DNA from: Fonticula alba ATCC 38817
Lineage: Eukaryota > Protista > Nucleariida
Length of the DNA stretch: 5,843 nucleotides
Direction: 5' to 3' (one strand)
NCBI GenBank assembly: GCA_000388065.2
Contig: KB932243.1
Positions 5,483 to 5,843 of this stretch are shown one piece after another. Position 1 is the first letter of the stretch. Each line of letters begins with the position of its first letter. The notes under the pieces are model-generated. The model worked only from the letters and a program-made list of their open reading frames with translations, was not told where the DNA came from and did no database searches. Both the position numbers and the translations under genes were made by a program.

Positions 5483-5843
5483 CATTCACGCCGCAGCGGC
5501 CGATGGGGCCGCGCCGGGGGCCGTCCTCCGCAGGGAGGCGCCCTTTTCTTCGCTCCCCCGCCCCCCGGGCCTGGGGCATCCTGCCGCCCCGGGCGGGGGA
5601 GGCCCGGCTGGCCGCGTGCATTCCCAAACAAACCCCCCTCGAGGTGCCCCATCGGAAGCGGCGGCGGCCGCACAACACGCCCCCCCTCCCAGGCTTGCCG
5701 CTTGAAGCGGGCCAACAGTCGGCAGCCGGGGAGGCCGCGCAGGCGCGACAGTGTCCCAGGCGATCGGTCATCCGACCGGGCGTCCGGGCCGGGACGCCCG
5801 GGTTGGCGGGCTCCCGCACGGCGCCGCCCCCTCTCGGGGCCCG

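Overview
Very GC-rich (about 70-75% by eye), intron-rich eukaryotic genomic DNA from a gapped draft assembly (N runs at 718-727 and 4429-5233). Most ORFs in the supplied track are GC-rich noise, and the real genes appear only after splicing. (1) The 3' part of a + strand TKL-like protein kinase, join(<1..46,173..199,268..438,542..599,792..1500), with a complete non-RD (HCD/DLG) domain and AATAAA 21 nt after the stop. From memory it resembles the expanded receptor-like TKL family of the nucleariid amoeba Fonticula; this is not database-checked. (2) Two + strand tRNA genes, Lys(CTT) 2850-2922 and Pro(AGG) 3479-3550, with Pol III T-tract terminators. (3) A probable spliced orphan gene on the - strand, complement(join(3779..4054,4246..4311)), predicted to encode an N-terminal membrane anchor plus a Cys/His-rich domain and converging on tRNA-Pro. 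(4) Simple repeats: (GCC)15(ACC)n, (CG)12, G16, T17, (GA)9. I see no mobile element, CRISPR or clear-cut new multi-gene system. The best leads are the orphan membrane protein, the non-RD receptor-like kinase with a possible kinase-less splice isoform, the distant branch point, and the unusual tRNA-Lys acceptor end.
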